Below, piece after piece: positions 10,801-25,957 of a stretch of 64,000 bases of DNA (the stretch's first letter is position 1; every line of letters begins with the position of its first letter). Made by a program: the position numbers and the translations under genes. The stretch comes from Seison nebaliae (taxonomy: Eukaryota): contig JALJEE010000712.1 in assembly GCA_023231475.1 (NCBI GenBank), forward strand, positions 1 through 64,000, in the 5' to 3' direction. The notes beneath the pieces are model-generated. The model had not been told where the DNA came from and did no database searches. It was given only the letters and a program-made list of their open reading frames with translations.

Positions 10801-13800
10801 TCAATTCACTTTTACTCGTTTGAACTTGTTCTCTCAATGAGGCTAATATTAAATTCTTTTCATTCAAATCTTCTGACATCGTAATAATTTGATGATGTCT
10901 AACATCAACTTCCGTTCGTAACATCAGAATCTCTTCGGAACAATTCGCATGTTCTTGACGATAATCGTCGAACTCTTTCAAAACTCCATTCAATTCATCT
11001 TCAATAACATTCGACTCCAAATTTTTCGTTCTTAAATCTTCTATACAATTCCTCATAATGTCACTTTCATTCGATTCCATTAATTTTGATTGTTCTTCCA
11101 TTTGTTCTTTCTCTTGTTGTAATAACTGATTCTCTCTTTCTAACCATGACACTCGTTGTTGCAACTTCTTTAATGTCAATTGATTCATATAATAATTTTC
11201 CGCATACAATTCTCTATCAACATCTAAATCCATAAGATTATCATTCGATTCCATCATTCCATCCAAATTCCGTCTCTCATAATTCTGATGAGATTTCTTC
11301 TTGTTATTCTCATAGAAATTTCTACTATTCTTCCTCAAATCCAATTCCATCGAATTACTTTTACTCGTACTATTATTGTGTAATCGTTTCGATCTCGTTC
11401 TCTTCAATTTCGATCGAACTCGTCGATTTCCATTCAACATCGACGATGTTTGACTTGTCGTCATTTTATCGTTGAAAAGAGTGGAAGAAGAATTATCATC
11501 GATATTTCTCGATTTCATCCGTAATCGCTCATCAGATCGAGCACGTTGCGAATTGAATTTAAACATATTCTTAGAGAGACCATGATGTGTCTGATAACCA
11601 CTACTGGCATTCGATACCGTTTCACATTCACTCGCTTCGATATACAATTTCAATAAATTATCTTTCACATTTAGACGATATTTCGTCTCCTCATACACAT
11701 CTACCAACTCCTCCAATTTTATTTCCAATTGATCATTTCTTCGTTTCAATTCGTCTTTCTCCAGTAAAAGTTGTTGTCCAATCTTTGCAGCTAATTCCAC
11801 ATCTTCTTCTTTCTACATAAAATAATAAGAATAAATAATTCGATTAATGATAAATGAATGACTAACCTCTTTCAATAATCGTGTGACTGCATTAATATCA
11901 TGAAAAGTTCGCGTCATTTGATTAATGAACGTTCCACACGACACTTTGGAAAGAAAGAATGAGAATTATTTTTATGAAATTTGCCACTTACTCTGGATTG
12001 GAGATGGAAAAAAGAAGATTCTTATTTGAAAAATATTTCAAAAATATTTCACTAATCACTAATAAAAATATCAGTAAATTCGACTTAAAACTTATTCCAT
12101 AAAATGAAGAAAGTTTATGTTAAAGAATTAATAAAGATATGGATGAGAAGATGATGAAATCGATGAGAAAATTGTTAAATGAACATATTAAATTCACATC
12201 GATCCCGAGACGATTTCAACAATGAACGAACAAAAGAAATTTAATAAACGAATGAGAACCATCCCCCCGTCTCTCATCATCATCCTCACACAATGAAACA
12301 GATGAGAAAATTATACTGAACTTATTAACAAGAACAATAAACAAATTTCCAAATAAAATCCTCATCAAATTCAACATCTTCAACGATGAGGACGTTCATC
12401 GTCAAATGCCAAAAATTGATGAATAATTCGATGAGATTTCTTTCAAATTAATCTCCATTCTATCCTCAATTGAAATAAGAGAAATATATGTTTAAAAGAT
12501 AATTAAGTTTTCTCAACAACAACAACAACAATAAGAAGAACAACAACTTCTGAGATTGATAGATGAATGGGAATAGATGGGAAAAAACATAAAAAAATAA
12601 AAACATCAAATTTAAGATATTGTGATGAGTATTAATTGGGAGGAAGTGTATAAAACATATAATTATTCTCTCAAATAATCTTATTTAGTCAATAATTTAT
12701 TTGGACGATGAATCTCTCATCATTCCTAAAACAAGTTTCCAATTTCCATAAATTATCATTCCATTCATTCGAATTGATTGATCAGATGTAAAAAAAAAAA
12801 AGAAATGAATGGGAAACAATTGAATAAGTTCAACTAAATAAATAAAGTTCCTTCATTTTCTCTCCTCATCTATCATCAGACATTTGTTATTGTTGTTTTT
12901 GTTGTTGGTGGTGGTGGTGGTGGTGGTAGTGTAAATGAATGGTCATTCAATAAGTGTTAGTAGTTTCCAGTAAATAAACAGTATTTGAGAAGAATAACAG
13001 AAATCATTATTCCATCGTCTTTCATTCTAACAAAATGTTTTCGTCTTAAATTCACATTCAGAAAAATATTAAATTTTACTCACTACTCATTCTTACTCTC
13101 GTAGCACCAATGGACGATTGACGACTATCATTCACTAAAAGTACGACGACGATGATGACGACGACCAGTTTATTTGGCGAACTAATATTTATTAATAACG
13201 TCCATTTCCATCACAATCATCATATATGGTATGAGAGCCATTTGATTTAGGAATGGAAATGTGAAGAATGAAATTGTCGTTAAGGAATATCTGAAGTAAA
13301 TAATCAGTGTTAATGTCCTCCCCCATCATTTTAGGAGTGAGAACGATGGTGGTTTGAGAGTGGGAAGGGCTACTATCTCATTTCATTTTCGAACGTTCAA
13401 AATTTTCATTTCAACCCGACCGCAGACGTTATGATATTGAAGCAACATAATAAGAGGATAAAAAAATAAACGTAATTTCAGAGATGACGATTGAGATAGA
13501 TGGTTAATTATCGGTTTATGGCTAATGATAAATAGAGAGGAGAAGAAGGAAAATCATTAAAATGGAAATTATTTAAAAATCAGCTTCGATATCGCCCCTC
13601 CTCCTCCTCCTCCTCCTTCTTAACACCACAACATAAGAGAATATCGAATTAAACGAATTAAAATGAGACAACTTCATAATTCTCCAATTTTCCTTTCACA
13701 CAAATGACTTAATGTGTTCTCATGATGAGATAGTGATGAATCATCAGTGATGATGATACTAATTGTAAATGTACATCTCATTCTAAATATCATGGGAAAT

Positions 13801-16800
13801 TGTATTCGATTTGAGATTTTAATAAAGGATATGACTTTTTACCGTTTTATTCTGCTCGTATTTCCGTCGACAAACGGGGAGGGAAAGGAATCTCGATAAA
13901 TGTTATTCTCTACGAAAACTATTCGATATGTTTCGATTTAAAAAAAAGTTTGCCTCATTTATTACCATTGAATGAAGAACATGAAATCAATAAAATTAAA
14001 TTCTTACAACGTAAAAGAATATTATTGTGATGATGAATATAAATAAAAAAAATTAATTTTCTTGTCTTTTATTCAATTTTTAACTTTTCTTTTGTTGTAC
14101 ATTTTCTCTATTGGCGATGATGATGTGAATGATGATGATGATGATGATGAAAAAGATTGGGATGATTGTGAGGTAAATGGTGTCGAAGTGAGAAGTATTC
14201 GAAGGAAAAAAGAACGAATTGAGATGATGCAAAAGGTGAAATATTTCCGAACATTCTTTCTTATTATAATCGTTCGTTCCTCATTTCGTCCTCCTCCTCC
14301 TTCTCTTTAGCTAAATTCTCTTAAGAACAAAAATTATTTGGCTGATTTTTCTTTATGATTTCTTTCTCTATTGTGTGTTTTTGGAGATGTTTCCCACAAC
14401 AATCAATTTCCTTCCATCGATTACACTAAAACATTCATGATCGACGCGAACGGTCGTGGAGAACTGAAGAAAATTGGTCTGACTCATCTCTCCTCCAAAT
14501 CCAATCAACGAGAAGGTTAATCGAATCTTCTCTTAATTCTTTCAATATCCATCACCATCACCATCACCACCACCACCGTCACCATCGACTATGAGAAATA
14601 ACGGAATGTTACAATGGAATTTCCCATTCAATTTGAACGAGTCATCACAAATACATTTGTTATTTATCGTATCCATTCCAATCGATGATTGGCGACGGGA
14701 GAGAACGGATGAATAAACAGAAAAAGAAAATTCTTGAAAAGAACATAGGATAGAATGTTCCTTTTGGCGGTGAGTCGTTCCGGCAAGTTTGCTGATTCAA
14801 TATTCACTTCAACTCAATATCACAATTCGACAATAGAAAGGAATTTCAATTCATTTCCATTAATCAACCATATTTCACACACCGACATTTAGGAGATTAA
14901 ATTCAAAAACGAATTCTCATCTATGCTCCACATTACACCTCCTACTCTTCTCTCCCTCCCTCCCTCCCTTTATCCAACACAACAACAACAACAACAACAA
15001 CATCATCATCATCATCTCCTCTTCTTCCCGTCTCATCCATACACATCAATAATTCTTATGATCATCATCGTCGTGACGATGAGAAGCAAATCGATTAATT
15101 GAATCCTTTCATTAACAGCATCATATTGCATCATCTCATCCATCTCCCCGTTCAACCAACTAAGTGAACTACATCTCTTCTCACCAATAAACATCTGACG
15201 AGTAAACCAAAAAATCTTTCGAAAATTATTTGTCGGTCTCCATCAACCGAATTTGATACTTTTCTTTCTTTTTACAAAAATTTGGTGATGAGAAATTATG
15301 TGAGGAGAAATGTGTATGATTTACGATACTTTGAAAAGAGTGGATAAAATACTTTTGATAAGAAAACTCAAAAAAAGAAAGAAAGAAAGAAAGAAAGGTT
15401 CGGAAATGAGAAGGAATTGAAGGAAAATGAGAAGTTCTTAAGATTTCTTGTTAAACTAATTTTTGGAGTTGCCAGTTGTGCTAATGAAGTTTATTATTAT
15501 AAGTTGAACTCATTTTCAGTCTATCTTAATGCGAATAGCGGAAAAGAATTCTAAATTTTATTCCAATAATTTTCTGATATCTTCACAGAAATTCTGAGAG
15601 AAATGAAGCAGGATAAGTGTGGACGGCAATTGAGGAAGGAATGAATCCCTAAAAACGCTTTCGAAAGATTCTCTTTAAATCAGTTTAATCGTTTAATTTA
15701 GAAAAATACATAATTAAATTTGAATGAATTTTGAAGAATGAAAACCATTATCATGATGATCTTTTGTGATATAAAAAGGAAAGTCGTTTAACAATTTATT
15801 CTCATTTAGGAATCGATTTATAATCGATATAATTCACATCAATCATCTCATCAGAAATCCATAAGATCAGAAGTCCTTGAAAAATCTTTTCTTTTTTTCT
15901 ACTTACACGCACTCAAAGAAAATCGTGTCGAGTCGAGTCCACTAATTATTTCGATGACGACTAAATGATTATGGTCTAACACATCAACTGATTCTTCCGT
16001 CCATGTAAATGGTCATGTTAACTTGTTATGTAACATGAACTTATTGTTTATATGTATAGGGAGAATTTCGTTAATAGAAATCGCCATTCATCAACTAAAA
16101 TTTGATGTTATTATTCTATGTCGACAAGAGAAATATTTCATCAATTTCTCTCCTTTTAACTTTTTTCTCTGAAAGAAATTTAATCGATAAATTGAAAGTG
16201 AATACTCATATTTTCATATAAACTTTAAATTCTCTCACTCTTCTTTTTCACAATTTTAACAAATATTTAACTCACTCTCTCTAAATAAATAAATAATGGA
16301 TCGTCCTCTTACTAATAATCACGTTACTCTCATCTTTCCTTAGAAAAAGGAAAATAATTTATGAGATGGAAATCGTATCTGATAAACATTAAAAGAATTA
16401 TCTGTTTCAGATAATTGGACAATGTGTTGGGATGGTTGGGCATAATCTACTTTTGTTTATTTAACAATTCATTGTCATATTTTGACCAGTTGGAAATGAC
16501 GAAAAAATTTATGGAAACTTTCCGCCCCCCAAAAAAGAAAGTTTGAAGAAGAATTTTATGAAAAGTTTCAATCGTCAATTATTTTATTGAAAAAAAGATT
16601 TTGTTGTTCCAACTAATTCCGTTTCCAATAATCATCGTGAGTATTATTAGATGAAGGAGTTGTTGTGCACAACTTGAAATAATAGTATCGTCTCGTACAT
16701 ATCTTGAAGGAGGTGAGTAGTTTGCAATTCATTTAAATAATTCATTGTAAACACAACAACATCTCAACAACAACAACAACGACGACGACGATGACGATGA

Positions 16801-19800
16801 CGACCTAGACAAAACACAACATTATATTGGAACAACACATTCCATAATTGACATATGGGAATTGTTTCTCTATTCCATTCTCTCTTTCTCCTTCTCTCTC
16901 CAAATGCAATAGACGAGCATATGGACGACGATATTCCGTCGTCATTGAAACGATTGAATAGCCAGAATTCCTCCTGAATAATAGCCGTGAGGCATTCGTT
17001 TGTGAAGTGCAATAGAAAGGATGTGTAATGAAGTTGAAGAGACGAAACATCATCACCACTACTATATTAAATACTACACTTACTAAACGTAGAATGATTG
17101 TAAATAAAAGAAAACATTGTGGATAATGTGGAATTTGAGGAATTGGTACGGAAGGAGAAGGCAAATTTGAATGAAGAGAAAAATTCGACGAATTGATAAT
17201 GTTCTCTTTAGTAATTTATTATAAAAAGAAATGAATGGAATTCATTCGTATCATTGAACTAATCGAAGAAGAAATCAAGTTACAATACAATTAAATGTCG
17301 TCCGATTTGAGAAAGAAATGGAAATATCTTTTTCATCTTTTTCTCTTCTCACAATAATTTTTTTTTAAACATTCGTCATTCAGTTATCCATTAACTGATC
17401 GATTGATTTGAAAATCTTAAAAAGTTGACTGACTGACTGACTGAAAATTTTTTAATAGATTTCTTCCTATTCGTATTTCTCCTACTAATTCTCGCTATCA
17501 TAATTTCTTCTTTTTTTTTAGTGTACACAGAATGTGTCAATTTATATTAATGAGTGAAATGATCATGAACGTTTAGTGATACTAACGAAAATAATTGAGT
17601 AAAGTTTCGATTTGTTCACTTGTGAAATACTTATCGAAAATACTTGAATGTTTCTTGATTCTTTTCCCTTGCGTTTTCTCCAATTCACTTGTATTTTTTC
17701 GATAATCTTCTAAATATTCGTTGATCGAATTCTCATCTCCTTTGGCGATGAGATAATCACTTTTTAAACAATAATTCGGCACTGGTTCCCAAAGCAGTTC
17801 GGCATTTACGTTCTCAGAAGCATTCTACAATTTCTCCAATTGACACCAAATTTCCAAACAGTTTCCGTATTCGTTCCACAAAAAATTTTCAATAATTAAT
17901 AAAAAGAAACAAAAGTGAGAATTAGTTTTTTGAAAATTTCTCCCCAAAGACTTAAAAAGAAAAATATAATCGCTATCCGATGAATTAGACGATATCGATA
18001 ATCGATAATCTAATTTAATTAAGAATTTCATAAAAAAAAGTTCAATTTTCTTAAAAGATAAATTCGATTTCATTGACATGTTTTCAAATACCTGAAAACC
18101 TATTCTTCATTCTCTCCATACCCACCATCGTCAATACTCTATGTTGACAATCTGTCAAATTTTAACTTCACGAAGATTTGCTGTAGATAAATTTTAAAAA
18201 AAAATCATTCCAAAACAAAAACAAAAAATAGAGAAAGATAATTTCATAAAGATAATTATTAGTGATTATATCTCCAATTTATTGTAATAGTCGTCAAAAT
18301 TTTAAAATTTCCTTTATTATTTCCCTTAAAATTTTCTTAAAAAATTCCTCTAACAATCTAGTTATATAATAACATTTAAAAAATTGCATCTTTATTTCTT
18401 CAAATAAATTACATTAAAATTCTTTACTGGAAAATTCAGTTTGAAAGACGTTTAATTTTTGACGGTTTTTATTTCAAGAGAATCGGCGAGAATCAAAATG
18501 ATGATGATGGTACCGAGAAAAAAAGCAGCTTTTACTTCAATAATTTCTTATTAATTTAATTGTCAGTTCTTCAAATCATCTCCTTCACAATGTCTATATA
18601 ACCACGTGTCTTTCATTCCATAGGATGGGCAGGAAGATGAATGAATTAAATGAATAGTGAACACTGATTAAATGATAAATGAAAATAAATAGAATTGCCC
18701 ATTATTTTTGGATGGGAGACGAAAATGATGATGATGATGATGATAATGATGATATCGCAAATGAATACATGAGATATTTCGATGTTAGTTATGAATCGAT
18801 ATAATGTACAATTACGATAGAAATAATAATAGTGATGAAATTTGGACGGTGGACAATTGGGTGATGGCAAATGAGATGATTCTCATTAAATGTCTAATTT
18901 GCTTTAGTCGCGTAACGATCGATCGTATGTGTGATTTTTGCATATATCTCTTACGAAATAAATGTTTGTTAGAAAAGAAATGTTAAATGTATAACAATAA
19001 TGATGATGATGATGATGATGATGATTATGAGGAAAGAAAGAATGAAAAAGTAATCGATTTGAGAAATCATTGAAGAATAATCAATTGACATTCGATTAAG
19101 TTCCATAAAATTCTATGAAATGATTCATAAAATTTTCATGGCATACTATTATCAGACGAGAACTTCCTCCATCTATGTCATCCTCACAAAATCAGAAATG
19201 ATGATGATTCATGATGATGGAAGAAAGTTGAAGTTCGAATGAGAAATTTTCCTCAATCAAATTTTTGGAGATTAGTTCGACACAAAATTGAGAAAAGTTG
19301 AACAGAATTTGATTCAATGTACCGTAGCTGGATATTGGGAGTATGAGATTATTGATGATATGAATGAATTGGAGTAAACAGAATGTAAATGAGAAGTCAG
19401 AATTTGGTTTTTTTGATGAATAGAAGAAAAATATAATTTTTGTTTCTTCTCTCGAACTAATTAGTTGGTGGGACGGACAAATAGATACACAGATAGATAG
19501 ATAGACAGACAGATAGCTGGATATGTAGAAATTACAATTATCTAATTTTTCGTATTATGAACGGAGAAGAATCTACATATTAGCTGGGTGAGATTGCGCG
19601 CTCTTTTACTGCTTATATTCAATGGCTGAATGGTTACTCTCATTTTCTCTCATCTATAAATTATCTTCCTAGATGTTGACTCTCCCCTCCCACCACCACT
19701 ACATGTTGTGCTTTCGGATAACATTCTTATATTTGACGACAACCGAATTGATGGGTGGGCAGTCAGTGAAGAAAAGTAGGGGATGTGGGGAATGAATGAG

Positions 19801-21429
19801 AAAAGATGTGGAGAGAACGAATGGACGAAAAGATAATTGGATGGACGATGAAGATGTGGGGAAAATTAATTATGAAAATAATGAACAGATAATAATGAAG
19901 ATAAATAACAAGAATAATCGATGAGAAGATAAAGGAAATTGAGTAGCAGATACGATTATAATGATGTTCATTAAACGGTTTGTTATGGAGGAGGAATTAA
20001 ATAGTTTGACCGATCGATCGTCTTGTTGATGAAGATGGAGGATGAGAATAATAGATGGTTTTACTTCCGTTTCGTACATCAATTGTTTAATCATTTCACG
20101 AATTTATGAAATCGGAATATCGTTCGGTGTTTGTGGTTAGACGACGTCATCATCGTTCAAACACACAAACAAATTTGGAACACTTTAAAGAAGAATGAGA
20201 GAGAAGTCTGACTTCCTTCAATATTGTTCTGGTGTGAATTCGATGGAATCACATTTTGGATGATGTAAGTTAATACATATTATTAATTTATATTCTCATT
20301 ATCATCCATTAAAATTGAGAGTGGAAACATTTCTCCTTTCGGACTATTATCATCATTTCTTCTTTTTTTTTATCGTTCGAGAATATTATCAGATACTTTT
20401 ATCATCATCAATATAGTATGTGTGTTTGGCAAATGCATATGAATATATTAGATGGAGCAAATACATCATTATCATCATTTTCGTCATCTTCTTTCAATAA
20501 GTTACATCAGCGATGTAATTTGAGAAGGAAAAAGAAAACATGTTAGAAGGAAATCGAAAGAAAATATCATTCAAATTTTCATGAACCAAAATTCAACATC
20601 ATATATTGTCAGAAAGTTGAATGGACGGAGACTCGATGATCGAGGAGTAAAAGAAAAAGGAGAATATCATCATATTATAGATCATCATCATCATCATGAA
20701 AATGGTGAGGATTAGTGAAGTAAATTCGAAAATAATCTTTCCCTTCTTCTCTCTTACAACAAATAGTCGATGGTTGCACAGAAATGGAGTAGGAGCGTAA
20801 TAAAGAATTTCCAATTAGACATCATCATCAATTCTACTTATGTAGATAATAAATGAAAACGAAAGGAGAATGATAGACTGGAATGAATGTGCATTGCATC
20901 ATCACAAGGAAAATATTCGATTGAAAAAAATGAAACGTTTTTTTCTTCTTTCTCAAATTTTCACAAAACAAAATTTATTAACCTTTATCTCATCATCATC
21001 ATCTTCTTCTTTTGTCTCATCGATCTCCAATTTATTCTTTTCTCTAGATGATGGTATTGGATCTCCAGTATCGTTTGAATCGTCGTCGTTGTTTTTGTTG
21101 TTGTTGTTGTTGTTGTTGAGAGATATTTGTTTATTAACATAAATATTCGAAAGTGATTCAGTCAAATAATTGGGCGATATATATTGAGTTGAATTGGTGA
21201 AGGAATTGTCTATAATTTCTCCTTTTTCCGTATTATCGAGCGATGAGCTGATTAACTGATTTACACCACAACCTTTCTTTACATTAAAATGATTTATTTT
21301 CCGATTACTCGTTTCCTTTGATGATGATGATGATGATGATGGTTTGGGTTTCCTCAAATTATTCGTTTTTGGTTGTTGTTGTTGTTCTTGATCAATAGCT
21401 CGCCCTTGCTCGTTCACATTAATGGACAT
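7817..21429 (-). CDS. TRAK1: Trafficking kinesin-binding protein (TRAK/Milton)
   Basis: Exons 21429-20983, 17824-17587, 11943-11867, 11812-7817. HAP1_N: EPVPNYCLKSD...EQIETLLNYF|LSCGTFINQMTRTFHDINAVTRLLKE|KEEDVELAAKIGQQLL. Milton motif KIDFVKRFHGSSLLSSWKRLAKPSL. The first exon is assigned on phase compatibility only. Confidence 0.88.
8166..8212. repeat. 12-bp coding tandem repeat (INSG x3-4) in TRAK
   Basis: attcctgaattg repeated. Confidence 0.85.
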
Positions 21430-24400
21430 TGGTTTGTCTTAGGGAGACTAAATGATTTGCATCGGACTGATTTTAAGTTTGAAAATGTTCCGATCTGTTT
21501 CTTCCTCTTCTTCGCCACCGCCGACACTCATAACGAGATGGAGAGATGATCGGACATATTATGATTGAAGGTCGAATAGGCTAACACGCTTTCTTATCGC
21601 ATCAATTCGTACGTTCCAAATTCCTCTATTTATTTCTTCGATTTTATTGATATTAAAGGAGGAGAACTCATGGACGAGGAAAATTATCTGGAATTGTTCT
21701 TTAAAAATAAATAATAATAATAATCATCAGATTTATTGATTAGCCGTCTCTCACATTATCCCATATGGATGTGTTTAACAATTATGCACTAAACTTCTGT
21801 GCACCAATTGTGCACATTTCCTTCAAAATTAATTAACGTTTGTCTGGAAGGCAGAAGAATATGAGAAGAATTTAAACACAAATTCTATGAAATTCCCAAA
21901 AATATGTGCAAAAATCGTGCACAAATTGAGCAGTATTCCACACATGGCCGAATATTTTTTTAGTGGAGAATCATGTAAAATTGTGGAGGAGCATTAAGTG
22001 AAAAATACGTGTAATAACACTTCCGACACTATGAAAACAATTCGTATGATATTTGAAGAAATAGAGGAGGAATGTTCTATTATCATCTCATTCATGAATT
22101 TCAATATATTATCTTTCATTATATTGTCGAATATTATATAATCAAATTGTTTATCAGTTTGATAGGAAGGAAAGAATTTCTCTTACCCTTCCGTCTTACC
22201 AACTCGATGACCAACGAACAACTATTTGAAAAGAAAAAAATTCTCATAATAGTTAGGAATTTGAATGATGTAACATTTCCATATAATTCGTTCATTCCTG
22301 TCTTCTATCGATCACATCATTCTCACAACGATTCACCATGAGTATGGATAAATGGATAGAGTCAATTCTTCAAACTCATTCAATTCAATTAGACAAACTG
22401 CATAACAACCGAATGCTTCTTCATTAAACACTCAATCGTCAATTCATGTCGATGATGGAACTATTTACATTACCATCACTCTCAATATCGTCCAATTTCC
22501 ATATTACCAGAAATTATTTTTTTCTCCCAACATAACTATCCTGATTGTAACACCAAAAACATTTAAAGGTCTCACCAAATTTCATCAATCAAAAATAGAT
22601 TTTATTCTAACTAATTTCTCCGTTTATTTCTTCATATATAAAAGAAACAGTTCAAATTCGACGAGACTGAACTTTTCGAATAATAATAATAATCATCATC
22701 ATCATCATCATCATCATGATGATTTATAGAGGAAAGAATGGAAGGCGATAGATTGAAACATAAATTGAACATGAACAACAATTAAAAAGAAATCGATCGA
22801 TTTATAAAGAAAATATCATTGTTCAAATACTCATTCATATTTCACATAAGCCGTCGTCGTTAAAAGAAGATTAAATCCAATAATTGATCAATAACATTAA
22901 ATTCAACATAACAATTCATGAGATTCGTATTTATCTCTCCAGTTCGATAATCCATCAAATTTATCCTTCCACTTCTGAATTAACTCGAACAATCCATTTT
23001 CCATTCATCTGACGGGAGACACATCTCACAATTCGATTGATTAATCAATCAATATCAATCGATAGAAAAGAATAATCAACTTCTTTGACAGGAATCTGGA
23101 AGGAAGTTTATATATTTGACGAAAATCTCTTATTTTCCAAAGATCAAAATTCGATAACATACAATTTCTCCATATCTTCCCACCAAAACATTTCTACTTT
23201 TCATTAATCTCCGATACATTTAACGAATAATACTATACAATTACACTCCACCAAACCAACAACATCTTCAATGTTATACATTAAACAGTTTCTCCTTTTC
23301 ACAAACAAGTCACAATATTCATCTTCTTTCAGATTGAGGAGAATGAATGAAAAAAAAATGAAGAAAACAAAGCTTCTTACCAAATCAAACGATGATGATT
23401 TATTATAGAGGTTCTGTTTAGATCCATCTCCTTCCCATCAGCACATGGAATCCATTACACCAATTCAAAATGATCAGCTGTTCTATCTTATTTGAGCGTA
23501 ATAATCGACCATTATTCCTATCCATAATGACATCTTATTCGATAACATCAACAACGTAAAAAAAGTAATAAATGTAAAGAAGAAATTTCTCCGAATCATT
23601 TGTAAGTCATTAAAAATAAAGTTTGGTCATTTGTAAACGTAAGATTATGTATTGTCGTCTATTCCTAATTAAAAAGTTGGATGGAAATAAAAGAGAAGGA
23701 GAAATTGGTAGTAAGGAAAGAAAGAAAAAAGTGCAAAGAAATAAAAAGGAAATTACGTTGAAAGACAAACAACATGTGGAAGGAAAAAAATGACAATAAG
23801 AAAGAAAAAAAAGAATACACATTTTTTTTTGACCAATGACCTTCATATGAATTTTATGGATTCTAAAGTTATTTCTGTTCTTTGACAATTCGACAGAAGA
23901 TGATTGCCGTCTTTCTCTATTATATAACATTCTGAAAACTCATCATTTTTTCATCGACGACGAATTGATAGAGAAAGAATCGGATGTAAATCACAAGCTC
24001 ATATCAGTCATGGGACGACATTGATGTCTATCTCAATGACAGGACGGCTTATGATTGCTGTTGTTGAAGGGATGGCGGTGACGATGCAAAATGGAAATGC
24101 AACAATTCCTCCTCACTTGGACATTGTCGAAGAATTGATATATTCTTTCAATGTTATTTCCATATTACATGGCAGTTAGTTGTCGCTTCTCCGATAATAG
24201 AAGAAATTACTTTCTCAATTTCTCTTCCTTTTCTGTGTGCACTCCAAATGGGAAAGATAATTTCTCGTTTTATCTTCATTCCTCTTTTTCTGCATGTCAA
24301 TTCTTCATTCATTTACTCATTCGATAACGAGAAAAGAATGATTTCTTCACCATGCTTTCTCATTTAATTTACCAGTTCTTCAACCTCCCACCATCATCGA

Positions 24401-25957
24401 GGAAGAAAACGTTGAAATCATCCTAAATACTTACCAACTTATACGTCGAATTTCCTTTTTTCTTCTCTCGCCCCTCAACTCTAAAACGAATTATTCATAT
24501 TTCGATTAAATAGACCTGTCCAACAAAAATTGTACGATGTTATCAAACGAAATTTGAATATTCTATACAATTCTTAATACCATTAACTTGTTTCCTCTTC
24601 GATCTATGAGTGAGACCGTTCTTATTATCTTTATTTCCCTTATGAGCATGCTCATATTCTCTCATATTTCATTCCTTCAGTTACATTCGATTATCATTCG
24701 TCATTTGTTAATGAAATTTTCCATTTCCCCATTCTCAACAGAATTTCCCATGAAATACATTTATTAAATTTCAACAAATGGTAATTTCAAATTATGGAAT
24801 ATATTAAATAAATCATCTTCGTCATATATCCCCAAATGTCCTTGAATGAATTGAGGACGGTTTCATTAATCATACTTCATCAAACCAAATCGTCACTCCA
24901 ATTGGAAAGTGTGATAATTAAAACAATTAAAATTTATATTTGAATATTATTCGCGAATAAGAATAAAATCTCGAAAACTGTTGAAATTGAAGAAAAAACT
25001 ATAAATTTTTCAATAATTGTTCATATATGATAATCATTTTTCAAATTAACTTCGTTAAAAAAACGTGGTGATTATAAAGATAAATGTATTGATAGAATCG
25101 CAATTAAATGAGGAGAAAATGAAATAAACAAGTTTAAAATATCATTAAAATCATGAAAATATCGAATTGTCAGATTCCTGAATTAATAGTGAACTTTAAG
25201 AATGATACAATAAATTTCATTTCCTTATTTCTTATTGATCATAATTTAATTTACAAATTACTTTCATACTTCCATCACATAAAACACATTCGTCACACTT
25301 CTTATGGTCAATTTTCATTATAATATAAATTTTAATCGATTTAATGAAGAAAAATTAATTGGGATGGAAAATTAAATGATTTCTCTCGTGTTCGACATTT
25401 CGTTGTAATTCGTTTAGTTTACACATGAACGATGAAATGAGGACGGGACCGTTGGATTTCCATCATTTGAACTATATTAGCAAATGTGATAATTGCACAT
25501 TTCCTCTTTCTCAATTCGTTCGATTCACCATAAATCTTCGCAAGAGAAAAATGTGCCATAAAAACAATTTTATTTATTTTAACCATCAATCAGCAACATA
25601 TCCATTGGATTTGGGAGGGAATCATCCATGAAATATAAAACAGATTGAAAAGTCTTTAAAGAAAAGGCAAACAGGAAATTTTCGTTCATCTCATTTCATC
25701 AATCTTATCTTCTTCCGCTATCATTTCAACGAAACGATTAACCAGTAAAAATTCCCTAACGAAATTAGACGAAATTGTTTTGTAGAAAATAGAAGATATG
25801 TTCCTAAAAATTTTCGGAATTTAATAAATTTATGATAAAAATTCTTTTTTGATGAATGAGAATTCGAAATTGTTCTTTCATAAAAATGGTGGTTTTATTA
25901 TCAAATTTAAATGTAAACAGAATGATAAATTCAAAAGATAGATTCTTCATTGAGAAG

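Noticed and set aside
16764..17164. Nested gene in the TRAK intron
   Set aside because: No recognisable domain or convincing splice partners; at most an unproven alternative exon.
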